Virus record (IMG/VR): IMGVR_UViG_3300046047_000272
DNA: 42,503 nt
Source of the DNA: a virus
Lineage: Duplodnaviria > Heunggongvirae > Uroviricota > Caudoviricetes
Strand: one strand, 5' to 3'
Part shown: piece after piece, positions 13,514-21,799 of the stretch
Numbering within the stretch: the first letter of the stretch is position 1
Layout of the letters: the number at the start of each line of letters is the position of its first letter
Program-made: the position numbers and the translations under genes
The notes under the pieces: model-generated
The model's database searches: none
Told to the model about the DNA's origin: nothing
The model's input: only the letters and a program-made list of their open reading frames with translations

Positions 13514-13586
13514 GCCTCTGTAGCTCAGCGGATAGAGCGCTGGTCCTCGGAACCAGGCGTCGCAGGTTCGAATCCTGTTAGAGGCA
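13514..13586 (+). tRNA. tRNA-Arg(TCG), C33
   Basis: GCCTCTG/TAGAGGC, CTGGT-CC-TCG-GA-ACCAG. Confidence 0.87.
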
Positions 13587-13610
13587 CCTTCATGAAGAAC
13601 CATTAGAAGC

Positions 13611-13657
13611 AAATAGGCCCAGATCACTACTAGATGCATGTGATCTGGGCCTATTTT
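13611..13657. terminator. bidirectional intrinsic terminator closing the RNA island
   Basis: AAATAGGCCCAGATCAC/GTGATCTGGGCCTATTTT. Confidence 0.7.
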
Positions 13658-13846
13658 GCGTTGTAGACCCTGAAAAAGGCCATTTATGTATAGTGACATT
13701 AGACGAACCTCTTCTCGTCATTAGAATGCTTCTCATCGAGTTTCCTATATGATCATTATTATGGCATGGTATAATGTCATATTGATAACGTCATGCATCA
13801 TATGCGTGACTGACTGATTATTCCATAATAACGGAGGATAGGAATT

Positions 13847-14332
13847 ATGTCTTTTACCCAGTTGACAATTGACGATCTACTTGATGACGATGATCATCCA
13901 GTGCTCAATATGACACTTGATCCTGGAGCGCAGGAGCCAAGGAGAATGCATGCTGATGATGCTGGAGCTGATTTGATGTCCATCGAGGATGTTACCCTGT
14001 CTGCTGGTGAGCGGAGAATCGTTCATACTGGTGTACATATTGCCTTAGATCCATCAATGTTAGCTTATGTCGTACCTCGTTCAGGACTGGCCGCTAAGCA
14101 TGGTATCACTATTACGAATGCTCCTGGTTTGATTGATACGGGATATCGTGGCGGTCTTGGCGTATGTCTCCAGAATACGAGTTCGGAGGACTTTGAAATT
14201 CATGTTGGTGATAGAATCGCTCAGTTAGTCGTGCAACGATTCTTACCAGTGCGATTCAGGTTGGTCGATGCGTTAGATGAGACTGAGCGCGGGGATGGTA
14301 GTTATGGCTCTACTGGCGTCCAACGTCAGTAA
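13847..14332 (+). CDS. dut: trimeric dUTPase
   Basis: AGADL, PRSGLA, GLIDTGYRG, RIAQLV, RGDGSYGSTG motifs. Confidence 0.95.
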   Translation: MSFTQLTIDDLLDDDDHPVLNMTLDPGAQEPRRMHADDAGADLMSIEDVTLSAGERRIVHTGVHIALDPSMLAYVVPRSGLAAKHGITITNAPGLIDTGYRGGLGVCLQNTSSEDFEIHVGDRIAQLVVQRFLPVRFRLVDALDETERGDGSYGSTGVQRQ

Positions 14333-14347
14333 GGTTAATAGATGTTC

Positions 14348-14383
14348 TAGGAGGGTACGCTACGTAGCGTACCCTCCTATTTT
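14348..14383 (+). terminator. intrinsic terminator
   Basis: TAGGAGGGTACGC/GCGTACCCTCCTA followed by TTTT. Confidence 0.7.
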
Positions 14384-14418
14384 GCGTTCTAATCAGGATC
14401 GCTACGTTTTTGACATGA

Positions 14419-14429
14419 TCTTGATATCT
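14419..14429 (+). promoter_or_regulatory. TCTTGATATCT motif 7 nt before the start codon
   Basis: Recurs at 17568, 23277, 32441 and as a variant at 40935. Confidence 0.55.
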
Positions 14430-14436
14430 GTATTGT

Positions 14437-15519
14437 ATGAAAGATGGTCTTAATTCCTCTAATTATGTGAGCGTCGAATTATTCGAGAGGACGCTTCCAG
14501 CATTCAAAGCCGGATTAGAGGCAAAAGACCGTCTTGACCATGAATACAGTGACTTAGATCGCCTAGAGAGAATTCGATTACGGCAATTAGTCCGTCAAGG
14601 AGAGGCCGCGTACGATGAGGTCTGTACATCGTGTTCATGGATTATTCGACGTGTTGTCAAAACTGAGATGGGCAAACCAAGATCATTCCATGTCATCCTC
14701 GATGCTGAGGATCTTGAGCAAGCTGGATTAGAGGCCGTCTGGAAGATGATGAGGACGGCTGATGTGGAGAAGATGCGTCGATCAGCTGTGAATTATCTCA
14801 TGCAGTGGATTAGCACGAATGTCAGCAGAGCCGCTCTTAAAGAAGAGGCTGAGTTCGGTATGAGCTCTAGCAAAATTAACATGATGAAGAAGATCGCTGC
14901 TGTGCGAGCAAGATTAGCGAAGAAAATTGGGCATTCACCATCGAATGAGGAAGTATATGACTTCCTCCAATCTGGTCACGCTGATATGAAGACGGTCTAT
15001 GGTAGATCTGATAATCATAATCAGAGTAAAGCGAACAAGTTAATCACGATGGACATGATTGAGGAACAATCATCGTTGAATGCTGGAACGCCAATGAAGT
15101 ACGCTGTTACTGATCCATCAAGTATCGATGCGAGTATTGATACTGATCAACTTGGAGACGATTATCAGGAAATCCTTGAGGAACCGACGAAGGCTTTCTG
15201 GCAGGGGTGGATGCAGCGCGTCCATATTCAAGAGCAACAATGGGATAGGCTGGCCGCGTTGACTGGCGTGTACGATGTCGACGCTACGCTCAAAGTCAAG
15301 AAATCTCCGCGTCTTGTTAAAGAATTTTATCTTCTTATCGGTAGTCGTTTAGGAAACATTGATCATTACGCCAGGGAATGGAGTGACCTTCATGGCCCGG
15401 GTCGATGGGATGTTTTCAAGGATGCGCCGTTGAAGGACGATGTGCAACTGGACACGGTTGATGAATCTGGTCGTCCAGTATTCACCATGTTGAAGATCTC
15501 AGGAGGATCAAATCAATGA
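14437..15519 (+). CDS. divergent sigma-70-like factor (regions 2-3)
   Basis: EDLEQAGLEAVWKMMRT..AVNYLMQWISTNVSRA resembles region 2; LAKKIGHSPSNEEV resembles region 3; no obvious region 4. Confidence 0.62.
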   Translation: MKDGLNSSNYVSVELFERTLPAFKAGLEAKDRLDHEYSDLDRLERIRLRQLVRQGEAAYDEVCTSCSWIIRRVVKTEMGKPRSFHVILDAEDLEQAGLEAVWKMMRTADVEKMRRSAVNYLMQWISTNVSRAALKEEAEFGMSSSKINMMKKIAAVRARLAKKIGHSPSNEEVYDFLQSGHADMKTVYGRSDNHNQSKANKLITMDMIEEQSSLNAGTPMKYAVTDPSSIDASIDTDQLGDDYQEILEEPTKAFWQGWMQRVHIQEQQWDRLAALTGVYDVDATLKVKKSPRLVKEFYLLIGSRLGNIDHYAREWSDLHGPGRWDVFKDAPLKDDVQLDTVDESGRPVFTMLKISGGSNQ

Positions 15520-15926
15520 GTCATACCACCATATTAATTATACTTGGCTGTTTAATACTCCTAGCCATAGGAGGCGTTATAGCCTTTGGAATTTATGCTA
15601 TACTATCGGGCAGGCGTGAGGACAAGGAATACTCTACAACGGCCCTACCATCAATTGATCAATTGAATGCGGCCGCTAGTGAGGCTGATAGCTTAGACTC
15701 CTTGAGCGTTAACGACATTCTTAAGAATAATCAAGCATCATCGAATCAAGAGAACGTCTCCCTGCCATTGCCATCATTGTCCTCAACGGACACAGATTCA
15801 ATGCCTATGCCCATGCCAACACCGCCTATCGATTTACCAGATGTTCAGCCGGTCGTGTCAGATGAACGATCAGTATCAACTATTAACAATGAGAATCCAT
15901 TCTCATCTAGCCCATTTGAAGCATAG
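15516..15926 (+). CDS. small membrane-anchored protein
   Basis: N-terminal TM segment, Pro/Ser-rich tail; start overlaps the previous stop (ATGA). Confidence 0.7.
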   Translation: MSHTTILIILGCLILLAIGGVIAFGIYAILSGRREDKEYSTTALPSIDQLNAAASEADSLDSLSVNDILKNNQASSNQENVSLPLPSLSSTDTDSMPMPMPTPPIDLPDVQPVVSDERSVSTINNENPFSSSPFEA

Positions 15927-15938
15927 GAGTAGTGGTCA

Positions 15939-16229
15939 ATGTCAAGTAACGATTATGTGTCCAGTAGGGATCTTATGAAGGACGTTGCCCGAAGGGCAGG
16001 AGTCAGTGTATATCTTGCTGAAAAGATCTTAACGGCTATATCTGATGAATCAATATCAATTCTTCAAGAAGGTAAATCAGTTAAGATTAGGGGATTAGTC
16101 ACGTTACGTCCTCAGATGAAAGAGTCGCATGAGATTTATTCACCATATGATCATAAGAAGATTATGCTGTCAGCTCATACTATCATTAAGGCGTATAGCT
16201 CTACGCGGCTAAAGAAGGAGGTCAAATAA
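15939..16229 (+). CDS. HU/IHF-family DNA-binding protein
   Basis: 96 aa; DLMKDVARRAGVS..EGKSVKIRGLVTL..P..K...Y...LKKEV fits the HU fold. Confidence 0.82.
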   Translation: MSSNDYVSSRDLMKDVARRAGVSVYLAEKILTAISDESISILQEGKSVKIRGLVTLRPQMKESHEIYSPYDHKKIMLSAHTIIKAYSSTRLKKEVK

Positions 16230-16233
16230 TATC

Positions 16234-17478
16234 ATGTCATCAGGACAACCAATTCCTTTGAATATGACTGGCGTCAAGTCGGTTCAATGGAGTGCTATTT
16301 TCAGTATGCTTGCCTATCCAGAATGTTCTGAGGTCGAGATCAATGGGCCTGATAATGTCTTTGTAAAGTACAAGGGCAAGAGAATGGAAATGGGCGTTGA
16401 CATCGGTAAGCGTATCGCTTGGAGTGATATTGACGATTTTGGCCGATCAATGGCTGATGTCGAAAGCCATATGGTCAGATATGGACAGGATTATAAGGAC
16501 GCGTTCTGTATTTTTGAGGGTGGCCTACGATTACAGACGAATGATGATCATAAGCCCATTCGAGCACGATTCCATTGTCTTAAGCCTCCTGTTTGTGAAT
16601 TTCCCCTAGTCACGATTGCTAAGCAATCAGTAGAATTAGCCACTCTAGGATCAATTGTCAAGTCCGGTAGCCTATCTCCTGAAATGGCTAAATTCATTAA
16701 GGGACTAATGGCCAAACGACAGACGATTGTCTTCTCAGGTGGAACGGGTGCTGGCAAGACAACATTCCTGAATGCTATATCTAAATTCATTGATCCAACG
16801 GAACGAGTCTGTGTCTGTGAGGACGCACCAGAACTGCTCTTCGAGCATCTTAGAGATACAGCCTACTTGATGTCCTATCCTAAACAGCCAGGTAAGTCCG
16901 CCGACGATCAAGCGACATTATCCTGGGTAACGAGTCAGACAGCTCGTATGCGTGTAGATAGAATCATCATCGGAGAGACCCGTGGACCAGAGTTCTCAGA
17001 TTTCTTAACAGCGGCTAATTCTGGATTCGACGGATCGTTAACCACACTGCACGCAAATACACCAAGAATGGCTCTTGATAAGATGTTCAACTTTACCAAA
17101 CGAGCTCCAGGAAATGGAACAACTCCGTCAACGTCTATTAATAAGGACATTGCCAATGCTGTTGACTATATCATACAGCTTGGTAGACCTAGGAACAAGT
17201 ATCGTGTTCTGGCTATTGAAGAAGTTACCAAGACCGTTGGTGACGATGAATCAGCTAAGATTAAGACGAACCCTATTTATCAGTATAATCAGAATATTGA
17301 TGGATGGGAGAGGACCAGCTGGCCTTCTGATGACGATATGAGAGAATTCTTACAGGACTTCATTGCTAAGGAAGAGGCACGCAGACAAGCTGAGGCCAGT
17401 TCTAGAATGAATGATCTTCAGCAATCATCAACTACATCGAGTCAGAATCATCACTCTAGTAGATTTTTCCGACGATAA
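16234..17478 (+). CDS. CpaF/TadA/VirB11-family secretion ATPase
   Basis: GGTGAGKT, EDAPEL, RMRVDRIIIGETRG, GSLTTLHAN. Confidence 0.9.
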   Translation: MSSGQPIPLNMTGVKSVQWSAIFSMLAYPECSEVEINGPDNVFVKYKGKRMEMGVDIGKRIAWSDIDDFGRSMADVESHMVRYGQDYKDAFCIFEGGLRLQTNDDHKPIRARFHCLKPPVCEFPLVTIAKQSVELATLGSIVKSGSLSPEMAKFIKGLMAKRQTIVFSGGTGAGKTTFLNAISKFIDPTERVCVCEDAPELLFEHLRDTAYLMSYPKQPGKSADDQATLSWVTSQTARMRVDRIIIGETRGPEFSDFLTAANSGFDGSLTTLHANTPRMALDKMFNFTKRAPGNGTTPSTSINKDIANAVDYIIQLGRPRNKYRVLAIEEVTKTVGDDESAKIKTNPIYQYNQNIDGWERTSWPSDDDMREFLQDFIAKEEARRQAEASSRMNDLQQSSTTSSQNHHSSRFFRR

Positions 17479-17567
17479 ATCGCCGCTATGCGTTACGGGG
17501 TCCATATGGCTAATATGGACCCTATGATGTTTCTAGATTGCTGATACTATTGATCTCATCAGTAAGA

Positions 17568-17578
17568 TCTTGATATCT
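17568..17578 (+). promoter_or_regulatory. TCTTGATATCT motif 7 nt before ATG 17586
   Basis: Exact copy, same spacing. Confidence 0.55.
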
Positions 17579-17585
17579 TCATATC

Positions 17586-20243
17586 ATGTTTGAGGAAGAG
17601 AGTCATATCAACCAAATGGAAGAACGATCAGGGTTTGATGGATCGTATAATTCTGGACATTGGGGCGCTGACAATAAGGGATGGTCTGACGGTAACTCGT
17701 CGGCACAAGATGCTGATCTTATCAAGACTGTATTGAATCTTATTGGTGCTATCATCTGTATTATCATCGCGCCATTGGCCATAGCCGCTGGTTGTATGGC
17801 GTCAGTATTGTATTACGTGTTCTTCCGTTGGCTCAAGTATCGAGTGAGATTCAATGCGATCATAGCTGCAGCCATATCACTGATCATGTCGTTTATCTTC
17901 ATAGCCCATGGTGGCTTCTCCTCAATCACTAGTGTTGTCACCAATATCCATATTGACGGAGCTAATCAGATCATCCATGTCTTGACGAGTAGCTATCTCA
18001 ATCTAATAACGCCATTAGTGTTATTGGGATTAGTCGTAGGACCATGGATAGGCTTGCTGATTATTTACATGAGATGTGTCAAGATGAGGAATAGCCCGCA
18101 TCTTGTAGCTAACGAGGGATTAGATCCAAAATGGATGTATCATTTCAGATTTAGAATGAGTCCTATAGAATCATTATCACGAAAGAGAATGATTAATGGT
18201 ATAAGGAGCGATACGTTAAAGCCTTATCATAGAAAGGATCTTACACCGTTAGGCGTCGAAGACGACCCGTTAAATCCACCAGACGACCCAACTAAGATCA
18301 AGAATGAGACACTCATTTGTAGAGCTATTGACGAGGTCCCTAAGCATACGTTCATTACTGGGGCCGCTGGATCTGGTAAGACCGTCACATTGAAATCAAT
18401 GATGACGAGGGACATTGACGCTCATACAACGATGGTTATGATTGATTGTAAGAAGGATCCAGAGAACGCGGAGTTCCTATCACGTCGTGCAGCTTCTGCG
18501 GGTTGTCATTTCTATCATTTCTCAGCTGATCTTCCATATATGATTCAGGGTAATCCTGCGGGTCCCTCATCATACGACCCATTATCGTCTGGATCAACGT
18601 CAAAGAAAGTTGACATGCTATTAAATACCCGTGAATGGGATACGGCAGCAGCTGTGTATCGTGACCAGGCTCAATCATATCTTTCTAAGGTGTTCGCCGT
18701 TATTGACGAGGCGAATAAACACGATGTCTTCTCGAAGGTCCCTATTATTGATAATGATCATGGTGAGCTATGGACATTCACTCAGATGCTTGATCCTAAT
18801 ATCTTCAATGCCGTCATTGTCGCCATGAATGATATACCAGACGCATCCTACGTCCGTCAGCAAGCGTCAGAATTAAACGCCTTGTTATCATCGACTAGAC
18901 GAACGACAGAGGTGCAGGCCGCCCAGCATTCACAGGGATCATATCTCTCTAAGATGACTGGTCTTATGGTAAGCAGCTATGGTAAATGGTTGAAAGGAGC
19001 TGATGGTTCAGGGTCTGGGAACATCATTGATCTCATGAAGCTAACATCAGAACCGGGTAATGTCATTTTATTCTCACTTGACGCTGCTCAGAAAGGTGAT
19101 TTAGGCTCATTGATGGGATCAATGGTCTGTACAGATCTCGCGAATATGACTGAGATACGTAAAAATCTTGGTCATACTAATCCTGTATCAGTATATATTG
19201 ATGAGTTCCAGTCATTGCCGCCAGAATGTGTGAAATCAATGTTACAGAAGGCGCGTTCAGCTAACGTGGGATTATCCTTAGCCTTCCAGTCATTAGATCA
19301 GGTATCAGCGGAAACTGGCAGTGACTCATATATCAAATCGTTACTTGATACATGCTCGAACTTCATATTCCATGCTGGATCAAATTATGATACTGGCTTG
19401 ATAGCAACGAAGATTATTGGTACGCATATGAAGAATAAGTATATTGTAAATAAACGTAATGAAACGAAACTTGGCGCTCTGAATTGGACGAATAACAGGG
19501 ATTTACAGGTTAATTCTACACCATCTGAGGAGTGGATAGTCGATCCATCAGATTTTGCTAAACTGGCCATGCCAAACGAACAGAATGGATATCGTTCAGA
19601 AGCTATTATTATTAAGAAGGCTTCATCAGATCCTATTGATAAGGGTAGTGTTGGAGCAATTGCTCATAAAACAAGAATGATTCCTCCTGATTGCGTCTTG
19701 CAGGAATTCTTTGATCCCATGGCTCAACCAATTGATATTGACAAGCCGTTAAATATCAGAGTCAGTAAAGGCTTTATGAATGATGTCAGGAAGGCCGCCG
19801 TGATAACTGACCAAACGCCTATACCTCAAGAGTCAGAACATCAGTATGAACCTGATTCTAGACATCCATCTGCCACTGATACATCGACTCGTAATCATGG
19901 TCCTCAGGAGGCTGATCATCATGATACGCATGATCAACCCGTAGTATCGAATGCTGAGCGTATGAGGAAATTCAGACAGAAAAGAACTCCAGTACAACGT
20001 CCAGTAGTATCATCGTCACGTCGTCAAGAAGCTCAACCAGGGTACAAGGACAATCATAATTCAATGCCAATGCCAAGGCCAATTCCCGCTGAAGACACAA
20101 GCGCACATCGTCAGCATCAACAATCAGTATCATTACCGAAGCCACCGGAATCATCGACGCCCAAGGTACCATCCGATAGATTATCGTCAAGAAGGAATGG
20201 CTTAGGAGGGCATGGATTAACCTTGGATGACTTTGATGACTGA
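17586..20243 (+). CDS. VirD4/TraG/TraD-like type IV coupling protein
   Basis: N-terminal TM helices; GAAGSGKT, IDCKKD, YIDEFQ, QKARSANVGLSLAFQSLDQ; disordered C-terminal tail. Confidence 0.85.
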   Translation: MFEEESHINQMEERSGFDGSYNSGHWGADNKGWSDGNSSAQDADLIKTVLNLIGAIICIIIAPLAIAAGCMASVLYYVFFRWLKYRVRFNAIIAAAISLIMSFIFIAHGGFSSITSVVTNIHIDGANQIIHVLTSSYLNLITPLVLLGLVVGPWIGLLIIYMRCVKMRNSPHLVANEGLDPKWMYHFRFRMSPIESLSRKRMINGIRSDTLKPYHRKDLTPLGVEDDPLNPPDDPTKIKNETLICRAIDEVPKHTFITGAAGSGKTVTLKSMMTRDIDAHTTMVMIDCKKDPENAEFLSRRAASAGCHFYHFSADLPYMIQGNPAGPSSYDPLSSGSTSKKVDMLLNTREWDTAAAVYRDQAQSYLSKVFAVIDEANKHDVFSKVPIIDNDHGELWTFTQMLDPNIFNAVIVAMNDIPDASYVRQQASELNALLSSTRRTTEVQAAQHSQGSYLSKMTGLMVSSYGKWLKGADGSGSGNIIDLMKLTSEPGNVILFSLDAAQKGDLGSLMGSMVCTDLANMTEIRKNLGHTNPVSVYIDEFQSLPPECVKSMLQKARSANVGLSLAFQSLDQVSAETGSDSYIKSLLDTCSNFIFHAGSNYDTGLIATKIIGTHMKNKYIVNKRNETKLGALNWTNNRDLQVNSTPSEEWIVDPSDFAKLAMPNEQNGYRSEAIIIKKASSDPIDKGSVGAIAHKTRMIPPDCVLQEFFDPMAQPIDIDKPLNIRVSKGFMNDVRKAAVITDQTPIPQESEHQYEPDSRHPSATDTSTRNHGPQEADHHDTHDQPVVSNAERMRKFRQKRTPVQRPVVSSSRRQEAQPGYKDNHNSMPMPRPIPAEDTSAHRQHQQSVSLPKPPESSTPKVPSDRLSSRRNGLGGHGLTLDDFDD

Positions 20244-20274
20244 ACCACTAATGCTCAATTATAGATAGTGCTTC

Positions 20275-20320
20275 ATGATGGCGCAACTACCGGCATTCGG
20301 TAGTTGCGCCATCATCGTTT
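20275..20320 (+). terminator. intrinsic terminator
   Basis: ATGATGGCGCAACTACCG/CGGTAGTTGCGCCATCAT. Confidence 0.7.
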
Positions 20321-20329
20321 ACATACGGT

Positions 20330-20358
20330 TTGACTGAATACGATTTATATGGTATGAT
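20330..20358 (+). promoter_or_regulatory. sigma-A-type promoter
   Basis: TTGACT-17 nt-TATGAT with TG extension. Confidence 0.6.
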
Positions 20359-20396
20359 GACTACATACGATGAATTTTCTGACTAGGAGGACAGCT

Positions 20397-21011
20397 ATGT
20401 CAGCTGATGATACAGCATATCGTGTCGGCGCTTTTCTGCGTAAGGCCGTTGATTCTGCTAATGGATTAGTAGATACTATTGGCGGCAGTTTAGACGATGA
20501 CATAGATAACGAAATTGACGGTGCATCTACGACCATGGAGGATCATACACTTGATCATATTCTTGATGAGACGCACACTGAGGACAGTCATGATTATGGC
20601 GTTTCGGGCATTGATCGTTTCTGCGTCATGTCTTTTCAAGATAACAGCCAAATCGTATGGCTAATCAATCCAGAACAGCGAACGAGTGACGCTCTTACTG
20701 TTTGCGTAGAGCGGTTCAAGAAAAACGCTGAGGACTTCGTTAAGAAGAATAATCAGTATCATGATGGCGTCATCGTGGTGTCAACCGTTAAGGATCAAGT
20801 CTCATATGCTATCAGCGTCATCTACACGGATAAAGGATTCAGACACGGAGATGTTCTGACAATTATTGATCTTAAGGAACAAACAGCCGTTAATCATGAT
20901 GGTCGAGTTGATCCTAAGGTACCATATAATCCGTATGATAGTAGATGGCCATGGTCCTGTGAGGATAAATCGAAATATCGATATGCTTCACGTAGCCTAC
21001 GAATGAATTAG
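20397..21011 (+). CDS. hypothetical protein
   Basis: SD AGGAGG before ATG 20397; open to 21011. Confidence 0.7.
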   Translation: MSADDTAYRVGAFLRKAVDSANGLVDTIGGSLDDDIDNEIDGASTTMEDHTLDHILDETHTEDSHDYGVSGIDRFCVMSFQDNSQIVWLINPEQRTSDALTVCVERFKKNAEDFVKKNNQYHDGVIVVSTVKDQVSYAISVIYTDKGFRHGDVLTIIDLKEQTAVNHDGRVDPKVPYNPYDSRWPWSCEDKSKYRYASRSLRMN

Positions 21012-21025
21012 GAGAACAGATAATC

Positions 21026-21754
21026 ATGAAGATGGATGATAAGGTCGCTAAAGCGAACGCGGCTAGTATGAGGATCATGAAGGACGCGGTGAAATCAGCT
21101 GGTCTTCGTCCTAAAGATCTTTCTGATACGTTTGAGGTGGATGAGAGTGAGATTAAAACCTGGTTTTCTGACACCATGCCATACGGTGCGTTCCTACAAT
21201 TATGTAAGATGACTCATGTTAAGGCTTCTGATGTCTTCACTGAGACCAAAGCTGTTCTTAAAGCAGAGATAACAGCCCAATCCGACACCAGTAAACATGA
21301 TCAGAAGGAATCAGAGGATCGCGAATCCACGGATGAGCCATCAGTCGTTGAAACCATCCCAGAGACTGATAATTCTCATACCGAGGATGCATCTCCAGTC
21401 GTCGAAGCTGTTAATGACGATTTGAAAGTGAATGAACAGGATGGTGAATTGCCATTTCCTCTGATTACGGCCGAGGAAGCTGGTCTCAAGAATGCTGATG
21501 CATTGATCCTTGAATGGCTATCTGTCAAAAAGGAGGCCATCGACCTTAGGGACGATCTGTCAGATGAACAGAAGGCTAAGAAAATCGAGAAATATCCTAA
21601 ACCAGTTAAATTGTCTTCAGATACAGTACAATTAGTCTTCCCTAATTATAAGGCTGCTCAAGGCTTCGTCAATGGGGGATATTTGAACAATATCAATGAT
21701 ATTGTTGCTCGACATCATTATGGTGTTACTGTTAGCGTTAAGGAACGCGATTAG
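21026..21754 (+). CDS. XRE-like HTH protein with an acidic linker
   Basis: KSAGLRPKDLSDTFEVDESEIKTWF..FLQLCK fits an XRE HTH; SD AGGAG. Confidence 0.6.
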   Translation: MKMDDKVAKANAASMRIMKDAVKSAGLRPKDLSDTFEVDESEIKTWFSDTMPYGAFLQLCKMTHVKASDVFTETKAVLKAEITAQSDTSKHDQKESEDRESTDEPSVVETIPETDNSHTEDASPVVEAVNDDLKVNEQDGELPFPLITAEEAGLKNADALILEWLSVKKEAIDLRDDLSDEQKAKKIEKYPKPVKLSSDTVQLVFPNYKAAQGFVNGGYLNNINDIVARHHYGVTVSVKERD

Positions 21755-21799
21755 ACATACATTGATGATTAATTTTCCATCATTATTATCATAAGGAGT

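Noticed and set aside
1-13600. CRISPR array or selenocysteine/opal-suppressor tRNA
   Set aside because: The repeats are tRNA paralogs with irregular spacing, there are no cas genes, and no TCA-anticodon cloverleaf was found.
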